Part shown: one piece after another, positions 23,927 to 36,625 of the stretch
Layout of the letters: each line of letters starts with the position of its first letter
How positions within the stretch are numbered: position 1 is the first letter of the stretch
Assembly: GCF_036321535.1 (NCBI RefSeq)
Contig: NC_087436.1
Location: 27,158,001-27,222,000 of the forward strand
Source: Camelus dromedarius
Taxonomy: Eukaryota
Direction: 5' to 3'
DNA: 64,000 nt
Program-made: the position numbers and the translations under genes
Notes under the pieces: model-generated
The model's input: only the letters and a program-made list of their open reading frames with translations
What the model was told of the DNA's origin: nothing
Databases searched by the model: none

Positions 23927-24441
23927 TGTCAAAGAGAAATTGCACCTGTCGGTGTTAAATGGTCAGGGAAGACTTTATTCAGGACAGTTGCTGTGCATTA
24001 CATCCCTAATGGTGGAGGGACACTGAACTGAACTGTGTGGAAACAAAAAGTTTTTAAGTGCTGGGATGAGCTAGTGGATAAGGGCTGGAGGATATTAGGA
24101 GGGCTGTTGGTCAAAGGGATTAAGCCATATGTTTTTGATGACTGGCACTGATTGAAGTTAGGCTACTACCCTCCCACAGAGACTGGTAGAGGCACTACCT
24201 ATCTTGATCATCACATTTCAAAGGGATGGCTCCCAGGTCCTTGAGAAGGACATCCCTGGGTTGTAAAACTAGCAAGAGGCTGGACGAAAACAACTCAAAG
24301 GAGTGGAGAAAGAATTTACAATAGCAAGTTTTCTAAAGTAAATGCTCAAAAGAAAACGGAGGTCAGAGCCTCTCTCTAGTCAGGAAGAAACTTGTCTAAT
24401 GTTTAGTCAAGCTGAGGAGAACTTTAAAGCTATCTTGGTCA
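23927..24441 (-). mobile_element. MER31-like ERV1 solo LTR
   Basis: ccctcccacagagactgg, catttcaaagggatggctcccaggtccttgag, ttttctaaagtaaatgctc, tttagtcaagctgagg...ttggtca; TG...CA ends. Confidence 0.85.
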
Positions 24442-25172
24442 GTTGTGGGGAGGTGGGCTGCAGGTTGTGATCATTAGTGACAGGAGAAACACTGAGAAGA
24501 GCATAGATTCATTTCCTTGGAAGAGGTCTCAGCAGCTGTGGTAGGGAAATTTAGAAAATATCCACGTTAAAGATGCCTGGGGAGCCTGCTCCTTACACTT
24601 TATGATGAGAAAACTAGAGGCCCAGGGAGACTTGGCTTCAGACAAGGATGAATGCTAGAGAAGAAACAGCAAGGGCCACGTGCATAGACACTAGAAAAGA
24701 GAAACAATGTTACAAAAGCAGACAGCAAACAGTGTTGGTTAAAACACACCACGCACACAAAAGAAGGGCTTAAAATGCAGGAAAATTTTTAGACAAAGAT
24801 TCTTGGTATTCTCAAAGAAATAATTGTGTTTTGTTAGCAAAGGTACAGTCAAAAAAGGAATGAAAGAAAAACCTGTTGAGCCCATTACTAATCTCATTCT
24901 AAAAGTGAGGAAACTGAGTTTTGATATGGTAACCAGTGTTACACAAAATGTATGGATTTTTCTTGTGAAGTTGAAACCCCAGGGCCAGTGCTGTAACGCA
25001 CTGCTCTGTACAGGCTCATCAATTCTTTCTGATGAAATATCTTGATAAAATTCATCCAATAATAAATGGAATTAAAACAGAGCTCAAGATTGGAGAGACT
25101 AAGGTATTTGAAATGACCAATAGTACTGAATTTGTTTGTATAGAGAACTAAGGTTGATAACTAAAAACTATG

Positions 25173-25701
25173 TGTGTAGACAAAGTTACCATAGCAGGCT
25201 TAAGACCGCTAATCGTAGAATGGTTTTCTTGCCAGTTTGGTGCCTAGTTGGCATGTGGAATCTTGCATTTCAGGAGTATTCTACTTGTTTCCAAAACAGT
25301 TAGGAGTATACTTGAACTGTGACTAACCTGTTTGTGGAAGCAATGTGGTTTAATGGTGAGCACCTGCTTTCCTTCCGAGAGTCTTGAGTTCTAGTTCTTG
25401 CTAGGCAGAGAGTGCCTATGTGATCAGACCACAAGAAAACATTTAAGATGTGTTGTCACTATTTCCTGTAGGCAGAATTAAGCTCTTCCTTTGTGACTCA
25501 ACTGGGAGGAGCTGGCGCTAATTTCCTCTGGACTTTGTCCCATCTACCTTTGTGTTGTATTGTTTCTTGATCATCACATCATTTGGCTTTGTATCATTTG
25601 ACTGGAATGAGTCATCACTGTGAGAAAGACTATATGCTGAGTCCTTAGACTCCTTCCAGTGACTTAGCAAATCTCCAGCTGATTTTGAGGCCCTCGGGCA
25701 C
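25173..25701 (+). mobile_element. MER68-like (MER21-group) LTR
   Basis: catagcaggcttaagac, cacctgctttccttc, gctaggcagagagtgcctatgtga and tgtgactcaactgggagga. Confidence 0.7.
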
Positions 25702-28700
25702 ACTACAGTTTACCTAGTAGATTACTGATGTTATCGATCTTGAAAATGTAACAAAAAAAGTCCATTATTAAAACAGTGAACACATAGAATATTTGTGAGA
25801 CTACACCACATTGTTTTGGGGAATCAAGGTGACCCCCTCTCTTTGTGATGTGTGTGAACTTACCATTCACAACAGCCTCTAACATTATTCCTGTCAAATA
25901 AATGGAAAAAAGTAACCTAGGTCAGGTCAATTATAAACCTGTGTGAATGGCAAGTATAGGGACTGAGCAATTGTACAAAGTTTCTGATTTAAATCATTTG
26001 AGGGTATTTGAGACCACCTTGCTTGTGTCACAAAGAAAAGCTCTTAAAGATGCAAATAATCCACAGTTTAAAAAAAAAAAACAGATGATAATCAGCCAAT
26101 GTTGAAAGAGCAAGAGAAGTAAAAAGAAAGATTGATTGAATTTTTAGTTAAAAGAATAAAACTAACAGAATGCAAGTCTGGAGAAAGAGAGGTGAAAGGA
26201 ATGTCGACAAGCTGATTGCCTCCTTTTGTCATTACAGGGCATCAATAGATACTCTTAGATACATCAATAGATACTCTGAAACTTGTGAATAAAACATGAG
26301 ACTTAAAATATCAATTTAAAGGCAAAAAATTGAGCACTAGATTATTTGAAAACCAAACTTGCAGGTTTCCAAAGAGAAACACACATAGCACACAAATGTA
26401 CACATGCATAAAATAGAAGGAAAGGCCTCATTGCAAAAAAGAATCCAAAGGAATATTTAAAAGTCATGTGGTATGTGGAATGTGGAATACATTTGCTTAT
26501 CTTTACTTCCTCTATAGAATTCAATGAAATATGGAAAAGACATTTAGCATGTAGAATAGAATTGGTTATTACCTGATTAATCATCTAAAAATAGGGCAAG
26601 AATAAAAATGCATAAAACCCACAAGTATAAAGAAAATGGAAGAGGAAATGATAGGAGATAAGCAACATCAACAAACATTGGAAATGGAAGAACAAATGGT
26701 AATTTTGCAGAATGAAGAAAGTGACTTCATCTACTATAAAAGAGACGTCAACAAGGCCTAAATTGGAGTCAAAAAATGGCCAGAAGTCTCAGAAATTGAA
26801 GGTACACAGTAGCTTTAAAAGTGATTTATGGAGTTAAAAACAGAATTGAAATATCATTCAAGGAACACTTAGACATGCCCTTCTTTGTTGTTTTGTGTCA
26901 AGACTAAAACCCCTTTGCAATTCTGGTTTAAGGTAAGAGATTTCTTTTCTTGAGATACTGATCCATAAAAAGTAAAACAAAACAACATTTTAGACATAAG
27001 AATACCAAGAAAATGGTGGCAACTAAATCTGAGTAACATTTTAAACACTTGTAGGATGTATTCCTATATTCTTTAGTAAGTGAAAATCTACATACTCTTA
27101 CTCCCTTTAAAGCCCACAACAGGGGTCTCAGAAACCAGCAGCCAGTTAGAATTGTCCAATTAGGTGGACACACTGCCCCAGCGAGCACCAGTGAAACAGT
27201 CACTACTTTATTTGAAAAATTAGGGAACAGCCCTCAGGTCATTGCATCCTTCTCATAATTCCAGACAGTTTTTAAAGCCCTCAACTGAAAATATAATTTA
27301 AAAAATGAATGAAAAAAATAGGAGGATTTGAACATGAATTTACAGAGTTTAAAAAATAAATTCTGAATTCAGAGATAAACTTCAAAAAACTATAATTAAT
27401 ATCCTCAGAGTTAAGGGCAAATAGTATAACCATGAATAAAGACCGTGCCATATAGAAAAGTGAAGTAACTAATTCTTGAAAACTAATTGTGACATTAATA
27501 CTTTTGGAAAATCACAATAATAATTGAAAGCTACTTGCAAATATGAGGGGAAGATATTTTCAGCCACAGAGAATGCTTTGTGCTTCTGTTCATTGAAAGC
27601 TACTGAAGGATGTGTTTATTGAAAGGATCAAGAAAAAAGAACTTAAACGATTCAGAGAAAAAGTAATTCAGAGTAGAATAGGGTCAAGTGTGTTTCTTAG
27701 GGGAAAACTTGTGTGTGTGCATGTACAAATCTGAGTATCTGCAGAGTTGTGGCTGTGTAAACACTGAAGGGTAATTTAACCAAACATTATGATTAAAGTC
27801 TTTTGAGAGGTTTAGAGAAGTACAGGTGTTTTCTTCAAGTGAGGGTGAGAGTTTAAAAAACTTACATCCTTATTTAACATATTAGAATAATTTATATCTA
27901 AAATGGGAGAAACATGTATTACTCTACAAATGGATATATTTTTAAAAAACACTTTTAAAAAGTAAAAGAGCAGACACATTGTTCAAGATAAATTTTTATT
28001 CTTGCTTCTATCTAATTTTTAAGTACATTGCACAGGATGCTACCTAAGATTTCTGAATATTCAGTCCAAAGCTCTAATTTTACTTATTGACCTCACATAT
28101 TCCCATGTACTTCCTATACTTTTAACATCTCTCCAAAATTAACATATTATATGGAATAAAATGTCCCTAACTTTTTGATCAACTATATTAAACTATAATA
28201 AATTCAGTTTCCAAAGATAACCCTCAATTTACCCTGGCCAAAATAAAAAGCAGGGGGTATATTAGTATTTTCAAAATAGACTGCTGCTGTCAATTTTTAT
28301 TCAGAATTATTTAAATTGTTAAAAATGATTGGTTCTAGTACCATATCATACAAGCTTATAAATTTATAAACAGTTTACACTCATGTAGAGTTTCGCTGTC
28401 AGTATTTGTAGACTGTAAGACAGAATAAGTCATACGGTATGTTCATTCACTGAAGATGGCTTGCAAAGTACTAAATGCCTAAAATGTTTACAAATAATTT
28501 TGAACTGTAATGGAACCAGCTGACTGACATTTCACAATGCAAAATCTGTGCAGAAATTATGTGCCCTCAGCGACTTCATGCATACTTCCTGAAGAGAGTG
28601 CATGCAATGAGCCAACATATATATGTCCATATTTCCTTTGATTAGCATAAATTTTAATTCCCTCATAAACTAGAATACTGCCATTATACTTAGCTAAAGG

Positions 28701-29188
28701 GCTCATTGAGCCGAATAGTTGAATCTGAGAAAGGAGATATATGCTCCAGAATGGCAGGACTTTACTGTTTTGTATTCAGCAAAATCTTAAGCATTCTTGA
28801 ACAAGAAGGACATGATACCACTTAAGATAAAGTTCTATTTTTCAGAATTAACCTACCCATGAAGAAATCTGTATTCGTTAGACAATCATATGGCTCTACT
28901 CTTACCTTATTCTATTTGCAGCCCATCATACATTATTATCATTATGTTTTTGTTTTTGAAGAATATTTAAAAGTTCAGCCTTTGATATAATTTAAGTAAG
29001 TATCAAACAGGAAGTTGAGTTAACTTTTTAGGCAGCGGTCTTCCCAGAACTCATAAAAATACATCACATAGGCTGGCTACACCTGTTTACTAAGCTAGTA
29101 CTTTATGAAGCTTTGGGGAAATCGTCATTAAACAATAAAAAGTAGCATTTTTGGCTGATGCATAGAGAAGTCCCATAAGTCTAATATA

Positions 29189-29594
29189 CAGATTTCCCCC
29201 CTTCTCAGAAAGCAGAGCTCTCCTGTGAAACCTTTATAAGCCCAAATGGAATAAAACAAAGAAACAATGATCTAAGCCACATGTTGGTAACAGATAACAC
29301 AAAATAAATCCAGATAAAGCACAGACACTCACAGACACAGGTCAAAGCCATGGAGGCTTGATGCTGAGATGTGGAGTGTGGTTCCCAGGGAAGCAGCTTG
29401 GTGCTGTCATTCTCACTGCTCAGCAGACGCTACTTCTTTGAGGGCTCCTTCAAAACAAATGCTGAACACTGTTTTCCCTTCTCACCAAAGTGAAAATCCT
29501 CTTCAGATTTCTCATAGTTAGCAAAAACAGGTACTAATGCAAGTCTTTCGTAAAAGTGTTGTAAGGTGAACCTTTGAAAAGGGAGGGATACCTA
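29189..29594. mobile_element. Tigger-type MITE (TcMar)
   Basis: Imperfect inverted termini cagatttccccc... and ...gggagggataccta, flanked by TA at 29187-29188 and 29595-29596. Confidence 0.75.
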
Positions 29595-30817
29595 TACTAA
29601 AATTAACCTAGACTGTGTCTCGTATTTAGTCTTTGAGTCTAGACACAAAGTAATCCAGTTCTCATAGAGAGGCCTGTGAAGTTTCTCCTTCAGATAGCTT
29701 CAGGGCACAGTACTACAGGCGTCTTAAAGAGTTGCTTAATTTTGTGTTCTTTTAATATTTGGCCTAGTACTTAGTATAGAGTAGGCATTCCATAATTTCT
29801 TGCTTAATCAAATAGAATTAAGTTTTGGTAGGAAATTAAGTTGCTGGGGAAGTTTAAGAAAAATATTGAGGGTCCTTCTAGCATTCCCAAGTGAATTACT
29901 AGCAGCTAAAAAAAAAGCACACTCAGTACCAGGATTGGGCTTAACTACAGTCAAACTCTCATTAATCCTCCATGGCTTATCTAAATCTTTAATTTTAAAA
30001 TGGAAAAATGTTGAAAGATGTTACTTTAATGTAAGATTGAATAGTGGAAGCCCCAAATTACAACATGACTCTTTAAGATTTAGACAACAGAATTTCTTGT
30101 ACAATGACTGCAATATCCTCAACTGAAAAAAATAATAATCCTGCAAATACTTAACAAAAAATTATTTTTATTTACCATTTACACTGAAAATAAGGGGAAG
30201 GACCAACTCACAATTCACAACAATCATGGAGTCAGACATTTGTTATTTAATATGGGCAAAAAACATTTTGTACTTCAGAATTTTTTTTCAGCTACAGTCT
30301 ATACTTTCAATCTTACAAGTAATTTGTTGCATTCTAGTCTAATAAGGTTTAGATTTTTAAATTGCTACTTCTAATTTTGTATTGTGTGCTATTTTTATCA
30401 TAGATATGTTACTGTGTTTTAAAAGTTGAATATATTTAGACACCTCTCAAATGCTACTTCTTAGTGTGGTATCGTCCAAAAAGGACATACGAATTTTTGT
30501 GGTATTTCTTACTTTATGATCATTGCTAACTTTTACAGCATTCTGAACACTTCTTTCTCATAATACTAATATAATCGATTTAATAAAGCCACTTAACAAT
30601 GACTTCTCTATCTGAAAATTTACCATGTCCTCAAAGTGGATTTAATCTAATAGAGCATGCTAAGTCTCTAAGATCATTTTCAAACTGTTCATTTTTATAG
30701 ATACATTAATTAGAAATATCCTTTTGTGCAGTATAGTAAAATAAGTATGGTTTTGAGAAAGTTCCACTGATGTCAGCAGTATTAAAGGACCATGTATTAA
30801 ATTTACTATTCAAATTA

Positions 30818-33560
30818 ATTTTTTTGTATGGTTTTTATTGAGATATAATTGGCATACAGCACTGTATAAGTTAAAGGTGTACAATGTAATGCTTTGACTT
30901 ACATAGCTCATGAAATTATTACAATAGATTTAGTGAACATTCATCATCCCGTATAGGCACAACATTAAGGAAATAGAAAAAAATATATTTTTCCCTAGTG
31001 ACGAGAATTCTTAGGATTTCTCTCAACAACTTTCACTTATAGAGCACATAACATACAGCTAACTCTATTTACCATGTACATCCCTAGTACTTATTTATCT
31101 TACAAGTGGAAGTTTGTACCTTTTGACTACCTTCATCTAATTCACTCTTCCACAACCCCATGCCTCTGGTAGCCACAAATATGATTTTTACTGTAAGTTT
31201 GTTTCTGAAGTACAATTTACCTACAACACTAAGTTAGTTCCTGGTCCACAACACACTGATTTGATATTTCTGTAGACTTAAAAATCATCAGTGGGATAAG
31301 TCCAGTTGCCATCTGGCACCACACAAAGATATTACATACATATTGACTATATTCTCCACACTGTAACTGTGACTCATTTATTTTATAACTGAAGGTTTGT
31401 ACCTCTTAATCTCCCTCACCTATTTCCCTCCTCCCCCCAACCCCTTCCTCTCTAGCACCTACCTGTTTGTTCTCTGTACATGTTTGTTCATTTTTTGTTT
31501 GATTTTCAGATTCTACATAAAAAGAAAGCATATAGTATTTGTCTTCTTCTGTCTGACTTATTTTACTTAGCATAATACCCTCTAGGTTTGTCCAATATTG
31601 CAAATGGCAATATTTCATTCTTTTTATGTTTAATATTCCATTGTGTGAATGTATATATATGTTTATATATGTAAAATATCACATATTCTTTATCCATTTA
31701 TCTGTTGATGGGCACTTAGGTTGCTTCCATATATTGCCTATTGTAAATAATGATACAGTTAATATAGGGGTGAATGTATCTTTTTGAATTAGTGTTTTTG
31801 TTTTCTTGGGATAAATATCCAGGAGTAGAATTGCTGGATTGTGTGGTAGTTCTCTTTAATTTTTTGAAGAATCTCCATACTGTTTTCCCTAGTGGTTGCA
31901 ACAATTTACATTCCCACTAACAGTGCATAAGGGGTCCCTTTTCTCCACATCCTCACCAACATATGGTATTTCTTGTCTTTTTGATAATAGCCATTCTGAC
32001 AGGTGTGAAGTTATATTGTGGTTTCGATTTTCATTTCCCTGATGATTAGTGATGTTGACCATTTTTTTCACGTGTCTGTTAGCCATCTGTATGTCTTCTT
32101 TCGTAAATGTGTACTCAGGTCCTCTGTCCATCTTAAAATCAATTTCTTTGTTTTTTGACATTGAGTTATATGAATTCTTTGTATATTTAGGATATTAACC
32201 CCTTATTGGAAATATCATTTACAAGTATCTTCTCCCAGTCAGTAGGCATGTCACAGAACATACTGCCTATGTTTTCTTCTAGGATTTTTATGGTTTCAGG
32301 TCTTATACTTAAGTCTTTAATCCACTGTGAGTTTATTTTTGTATATGGTGTAAGAAGGTAGTCCACTTCAGTTCTTGTGCATCCAGCTGCCCAGTTTTCC
32401 CACCACCACTTATTTAAAAGACTGTCTTTTCCCCATTGAATATCCTTGCCTCCATTATCTTAGTTTAATTGCCTGTATAAACATGGGTTCATTTCTGGAC
32501 TCTCTAATTCCATTTATCCATGTGTCTGTATTTGTGCCAGTACTCACTCAGTATTCAGTACTGTTTTGATTACTGTAGCTTTGTAGTATACTTTGTAATC
32601 AGGGAGCTTGATGTTTTCTGTTTTGTTCTTTTTTCTTAAGATTATTTGGAAATTTGGGATATTTTGTGTTTCCATACAAATTTTAGAATTATTCTTGTTT
32701 TGTAAAAAAAAAAAAAAAAAAGCTTTGGTATTTTGATAGGGATTGCATTGAATCTGTACATTGTCTGAGTAGTATGGTCATTTTAACAATATTATTCCAA
32801 CTCATAAGCACAATATATCTTTCCATCTTCAGCTTATGTTTGTATCGTCATCAGTTTCTTTCATCAGTGTCTTATAAGTTCCTGAGTACAGATCTTTTAC
32901 CTCCTTGGTTAGATTTATTCCTAAGTATTGTATTCTTTTTGATGTGATGGTGAATGGATTTGTTTCCTTAATTTTTCTTTATAATAGTTCATTGTTAGTC
33001 TACAGAAACACAGCAAGTGAAGAGGGTATAGCTCAGTGGTAGAGTGCATACCCAGCATACACAATGTCCTGGGTTCAATCCCTTGTACCTCCATTAAAAG
33101 AAATAAGCCTAATTACCTCCCCTGAAAAAAAAAAATAAAAAATAAAATTGATAAAAAAGAAACACAACAGATTACTATATATTAGTTCTGTATCCTGCAA
33201 CTTTACCAAATTCATTGAGTTCTAGTAGTTATTCTTTAGGATTTTCTATGTATACTATCATGTCATCTGCAATCAGTGACAGCTTTTCTTCTTCCTTTCC
33301 AATTTGAATTCCTTTTATTTCTTTTTCTTGTATGGTTGCAGGGGCTGGCACTTCTGAGTTGAATAAAAGTGGCACGAGTGGGCATCCTTGTCTTATTCCT
33401 GATCTTAGATGAAATGCTTTTAGCTTTTCAGCATTGAATATGATGTTTGTTGCGGGCTTGTCATATATGACCTTTATTTGAAGCTATGTTCCCTCTATGC
33501 CTGCTTTGTTGGAAATTATTAGAAATTATTAGAAATGAATGTTGAATTTGGTCAAAAAGC
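30818..33560 (-). mobile_element. L1 (L1MA-descended) 3' 2.7 kb, 5'-truncated and non-coding
   Basis: T-rich tail at the left end and a two-part 3' UTR. ORF2 C-terminal remnants QPLGKTVWRFFKKLK and EDIQMANRHVKK in minus ORFs. Confidence 0.9.
33016..33157 (+). mobile_element. tRNA-derived SINE, vic-1-like, inserted in L1
   Basis: gagggtatagctcagtggtagagtgc...gggttcaatccc...cctaattacctcccc and an A tail. TSD agaaacaca[g/a]ca at 33004-33015 and 33158-33169. Confidence 0.9.
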
Positions 33561-36094
33561 AGTTGAATTACTTTGATAAAGGATTTGGAATTTATAAGAT
33601 CTTTAATTCATATTGGTTTATTACCCAGCAGAAAGTATAAATTTAAGGGCCGCCAAAAGTTTATAAAGTGTATATTTCCTTGAATCTTTGCTAAAATAGG
33701 TATTATATATAAGGCTTCAATTTGTTGGAAAAATATTGATTTTAATTAATATGTTTACTACACCTTTAAATTTTACTTTGCATTTTGTTAGACAAGTTTA
33801 TTTCTATTTTGTCTCTTTTTCTCCCTGTGCTCTTACATATTTAAACATTTTTAAAAGTTGAAGGCCTACAAAATGTCTTAGTTCAACAAGATAATGTTTA
33901 TTAAGTACAAAGGTAATAATCTAATTAAAAAAACATCTTCTGAAGCCCCTAGGAATACCTATACATCAGTCCTATGATGGTAGTAAAGCAGAGGAAATTC
34001 TCTAAGGAGCAGTTGATAGATTATGAACACGTTGATATTACAACCCAAAAAGGTCAAATACTGACTCTGTTTTTCTGTATTTCTTAAGTTGTGTCCCCAA
34101 AGTATCAGCCTTGCAATTTACAGAATCATCTGGCACTCATGACCCAAATCCAAAATCAAGGGACTCATCCTAGCCTTTGGGAGTCAAGCACAGCACACAT
34201 AATTTCCATTTTATAAAATCTCTCAGAAAATCAGATGTATGCTAACTTTTAAAAACCATTTTAATAGTGGATACATTTGTAGGCTGTCTGACATGCATCA
34301 TTAAATAAATAACTAATGGTAATAGCTAAGCAAGACTTTTGTAGTAATTTAAATAGATTCAATATATTAAACTACAATCAAATATATGTTACGATTTCCA
34401 TTTGAATGAATTTGTAGAAAGAAGCTTTTGATGGAAATGCAACTCATAAAATTACACAATGGGAAATTATGTGATTAATGGAATATTAATTGTACAATCA
34501 AATAAGCACACATAAGATGTATCCATATTAAAATGCATAAGAAGATTATTTATTTAGAATTATCTTGGTACAATTATACTATTTAGGCAGTTGGGAGTCA
34601 CAGATTTCTTTTGATATCAAAGAGAAGATGTTAGAAAATTAAAAACAGGAGCATTTAGGAAAAGACATAGAAAAGTAGGAAAAGACATATTTAATTTTTT
34701 AAACATGAAATCTCACGTAAGTGATAACATTTCCCCTCAGTATTTTTAGACCTCTTAGAGAATTACTATGGACAATTTGTAGTAACTATGATTATGTGTC
34801 CTAGCTAATTATCATAATAACCAGTAAAATGCAAAAGTAAAATTATTATGGTCAGGTTAGCTTTTTATCATTGAGTCAATTACTCCACAAAACTTAAAAA
34901 TCTTACTGATCATTTTGTTTAAGTAGAAGTTTTTATAAGGCTATATTTTAACCCTTTGTTTTATGAAAGCAGTTTACTGGTTTTGGTATATTACTAACTA
35001 TAATAATTGTCAGAATGGCATATTGAAATTATTCAAGGCCATTGTTAGAAAGTGCATAAAAAAGATCAAGAATTAATTAAAATACTAAAATGATCATTTT
35101 AGAACTAATAAACAATTTTACTGAAGTACTAGATTATATTTTGAGTCTATTTTATCTTCATTGCTTTAAAAAGCAATCTTCTACTTTAACAGGGTTCTGA
35201 TGCCTTTTAGTTATACTCAGCATTTTGGTATTATAGGATCAAAGTTTTTAAAATCATTATTATATTGCCCTACTATCCCCAAGTTATGCAATTTCCAATA
35301 ATTACCACGTATGAATATTTTTTATTTGAAGTTTAAAAAATGCATTTTTTGCAATTCTTATACTTATTAGTCAGTCATTTAATGTAGAAAAATTTAAATG
35401 ACGACATAGATATTATTACTTTGTGCCCTGTGAATAGAAGTCAGGGAAATCACCAGAAAGTTGCATTATTATTTAAACATTAATGTATCCGTGGCAGACA
35501 ATTTTATCTAAAACAATTTTTTATCAGTGAAATAAAAATTTTAATGATTTCTGAAACTTATTCTTATCCAATGATTCCCCATATACTAGTATGACTGTAG
35601 AATTTCCTATGATAAACATACTTATGCTCAGATGGATTTTAAGCACATGATTGTTGACCAAGGAAGGTACTTGCCACCCTTGTCCAACTATAAACCTGCT
35701 TTTTTACAATAATTTTAAGAAAATAAAATCTTTTTGCAATGACTTTGTTTGAAAGGATGGGAATGCCCTAAATTATTATACCCATTTTTTTTTTCTGTAC
35801 CATGTCTCTATTTGTGACCTCTGAATTAGCCCATATGTTGTTGTCTTTCTGTTCTACATCAGTAGCAATTTCTACGTCTATACCATTTATCTCATTCCAT
35901 CCATATCGTTGTCCTCCTAATCTGAAGGGTTTTTCATCTATTTTCCTATCTGTACCACCGGATATTTTAAGTTAAATTTCTTTGGCTCTCTCACTCTCTT
36001 GCTCTTTCTGTCCAACTTCTGTCTCATCTCTCTGTCCCTGCTCTCCATCTTTCTCAATTAAGCAGTCAATACAAATATAACAAAGATTGTTTCC

Positions 36095-36625
36095 TTATCC
36101 ACCAAATATTTTACTGACTGCTTACCACTGTTCTAGATGCTAGAAATACATCTGTAGAAAAATAGGCCATAACCCATATCTCATGGCATTTATATTCTAA
36201 AAAGGAGATAAACAAAAGCATTAAGGAAAATGTGTTGCATGTGTTACAAAGATAAATCCTAAGAAAGGAAGGGGGAAGGGAATATTGGAGAGGGGAGTTT
36301 TCGTTTAAACAGTAGTTAGGGAAAGGCTCTTTCATAGGGTGGTACCTATAATATAAACACAAAGGTTGTAGCATCACACAACTCCAGAAGAGTGTCATTC
36401 ACACTGTAATCTATGTGAATGATGCCTCCTGAGTTGTGAGGCCCACAAGCTTTGCAGCCATCAGTAGTGCCCTGGTAAAGACCTGAAGGAGTTAGGGGAG
36501 AAAACCACACAGACATCTGGAGAAGAGAATTCTAGGCAGAGGACACAAATGTTTTAAGACAGAAGCATGTTTAGATGTTTGTGTGTCATCAAAGAGGTCA
36601 GTGTGTCTGAAAAGTGTTCAGTGAC
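36095..36625 (-). mobile_element. L2a fragment
   Basis: caaatattttactgactgcttac...ctgttctagatgct...gtagttagggaaaggctct...aaagacctgaagga...aattctaggcagagg. Confidence 0.7.
36335..36474. mobile_element. MER91-like palindromic hAT MITE inserted in L2
   Basis: Internal fold-back cacaactc...gtgtcattcaca / tgtgaatgatgc...gagttgtg; ends taggg...ccctg. Confidence 0.7.

Noticed and set aside
26000..27900. Possible ancient L1/HAL1 5'-region remnants
   Set aside because: A-rich texture is suggestive but too degraded to assign or delimit by eye.
28922..28995. Plus-strand exon candidate (ttattctatttgcag|...|gtaagt)
   Set aside because: Intron-like AT/T-rich content and a stop in the phase-2 frame; cannot be distinguished from a pseudo-exon.
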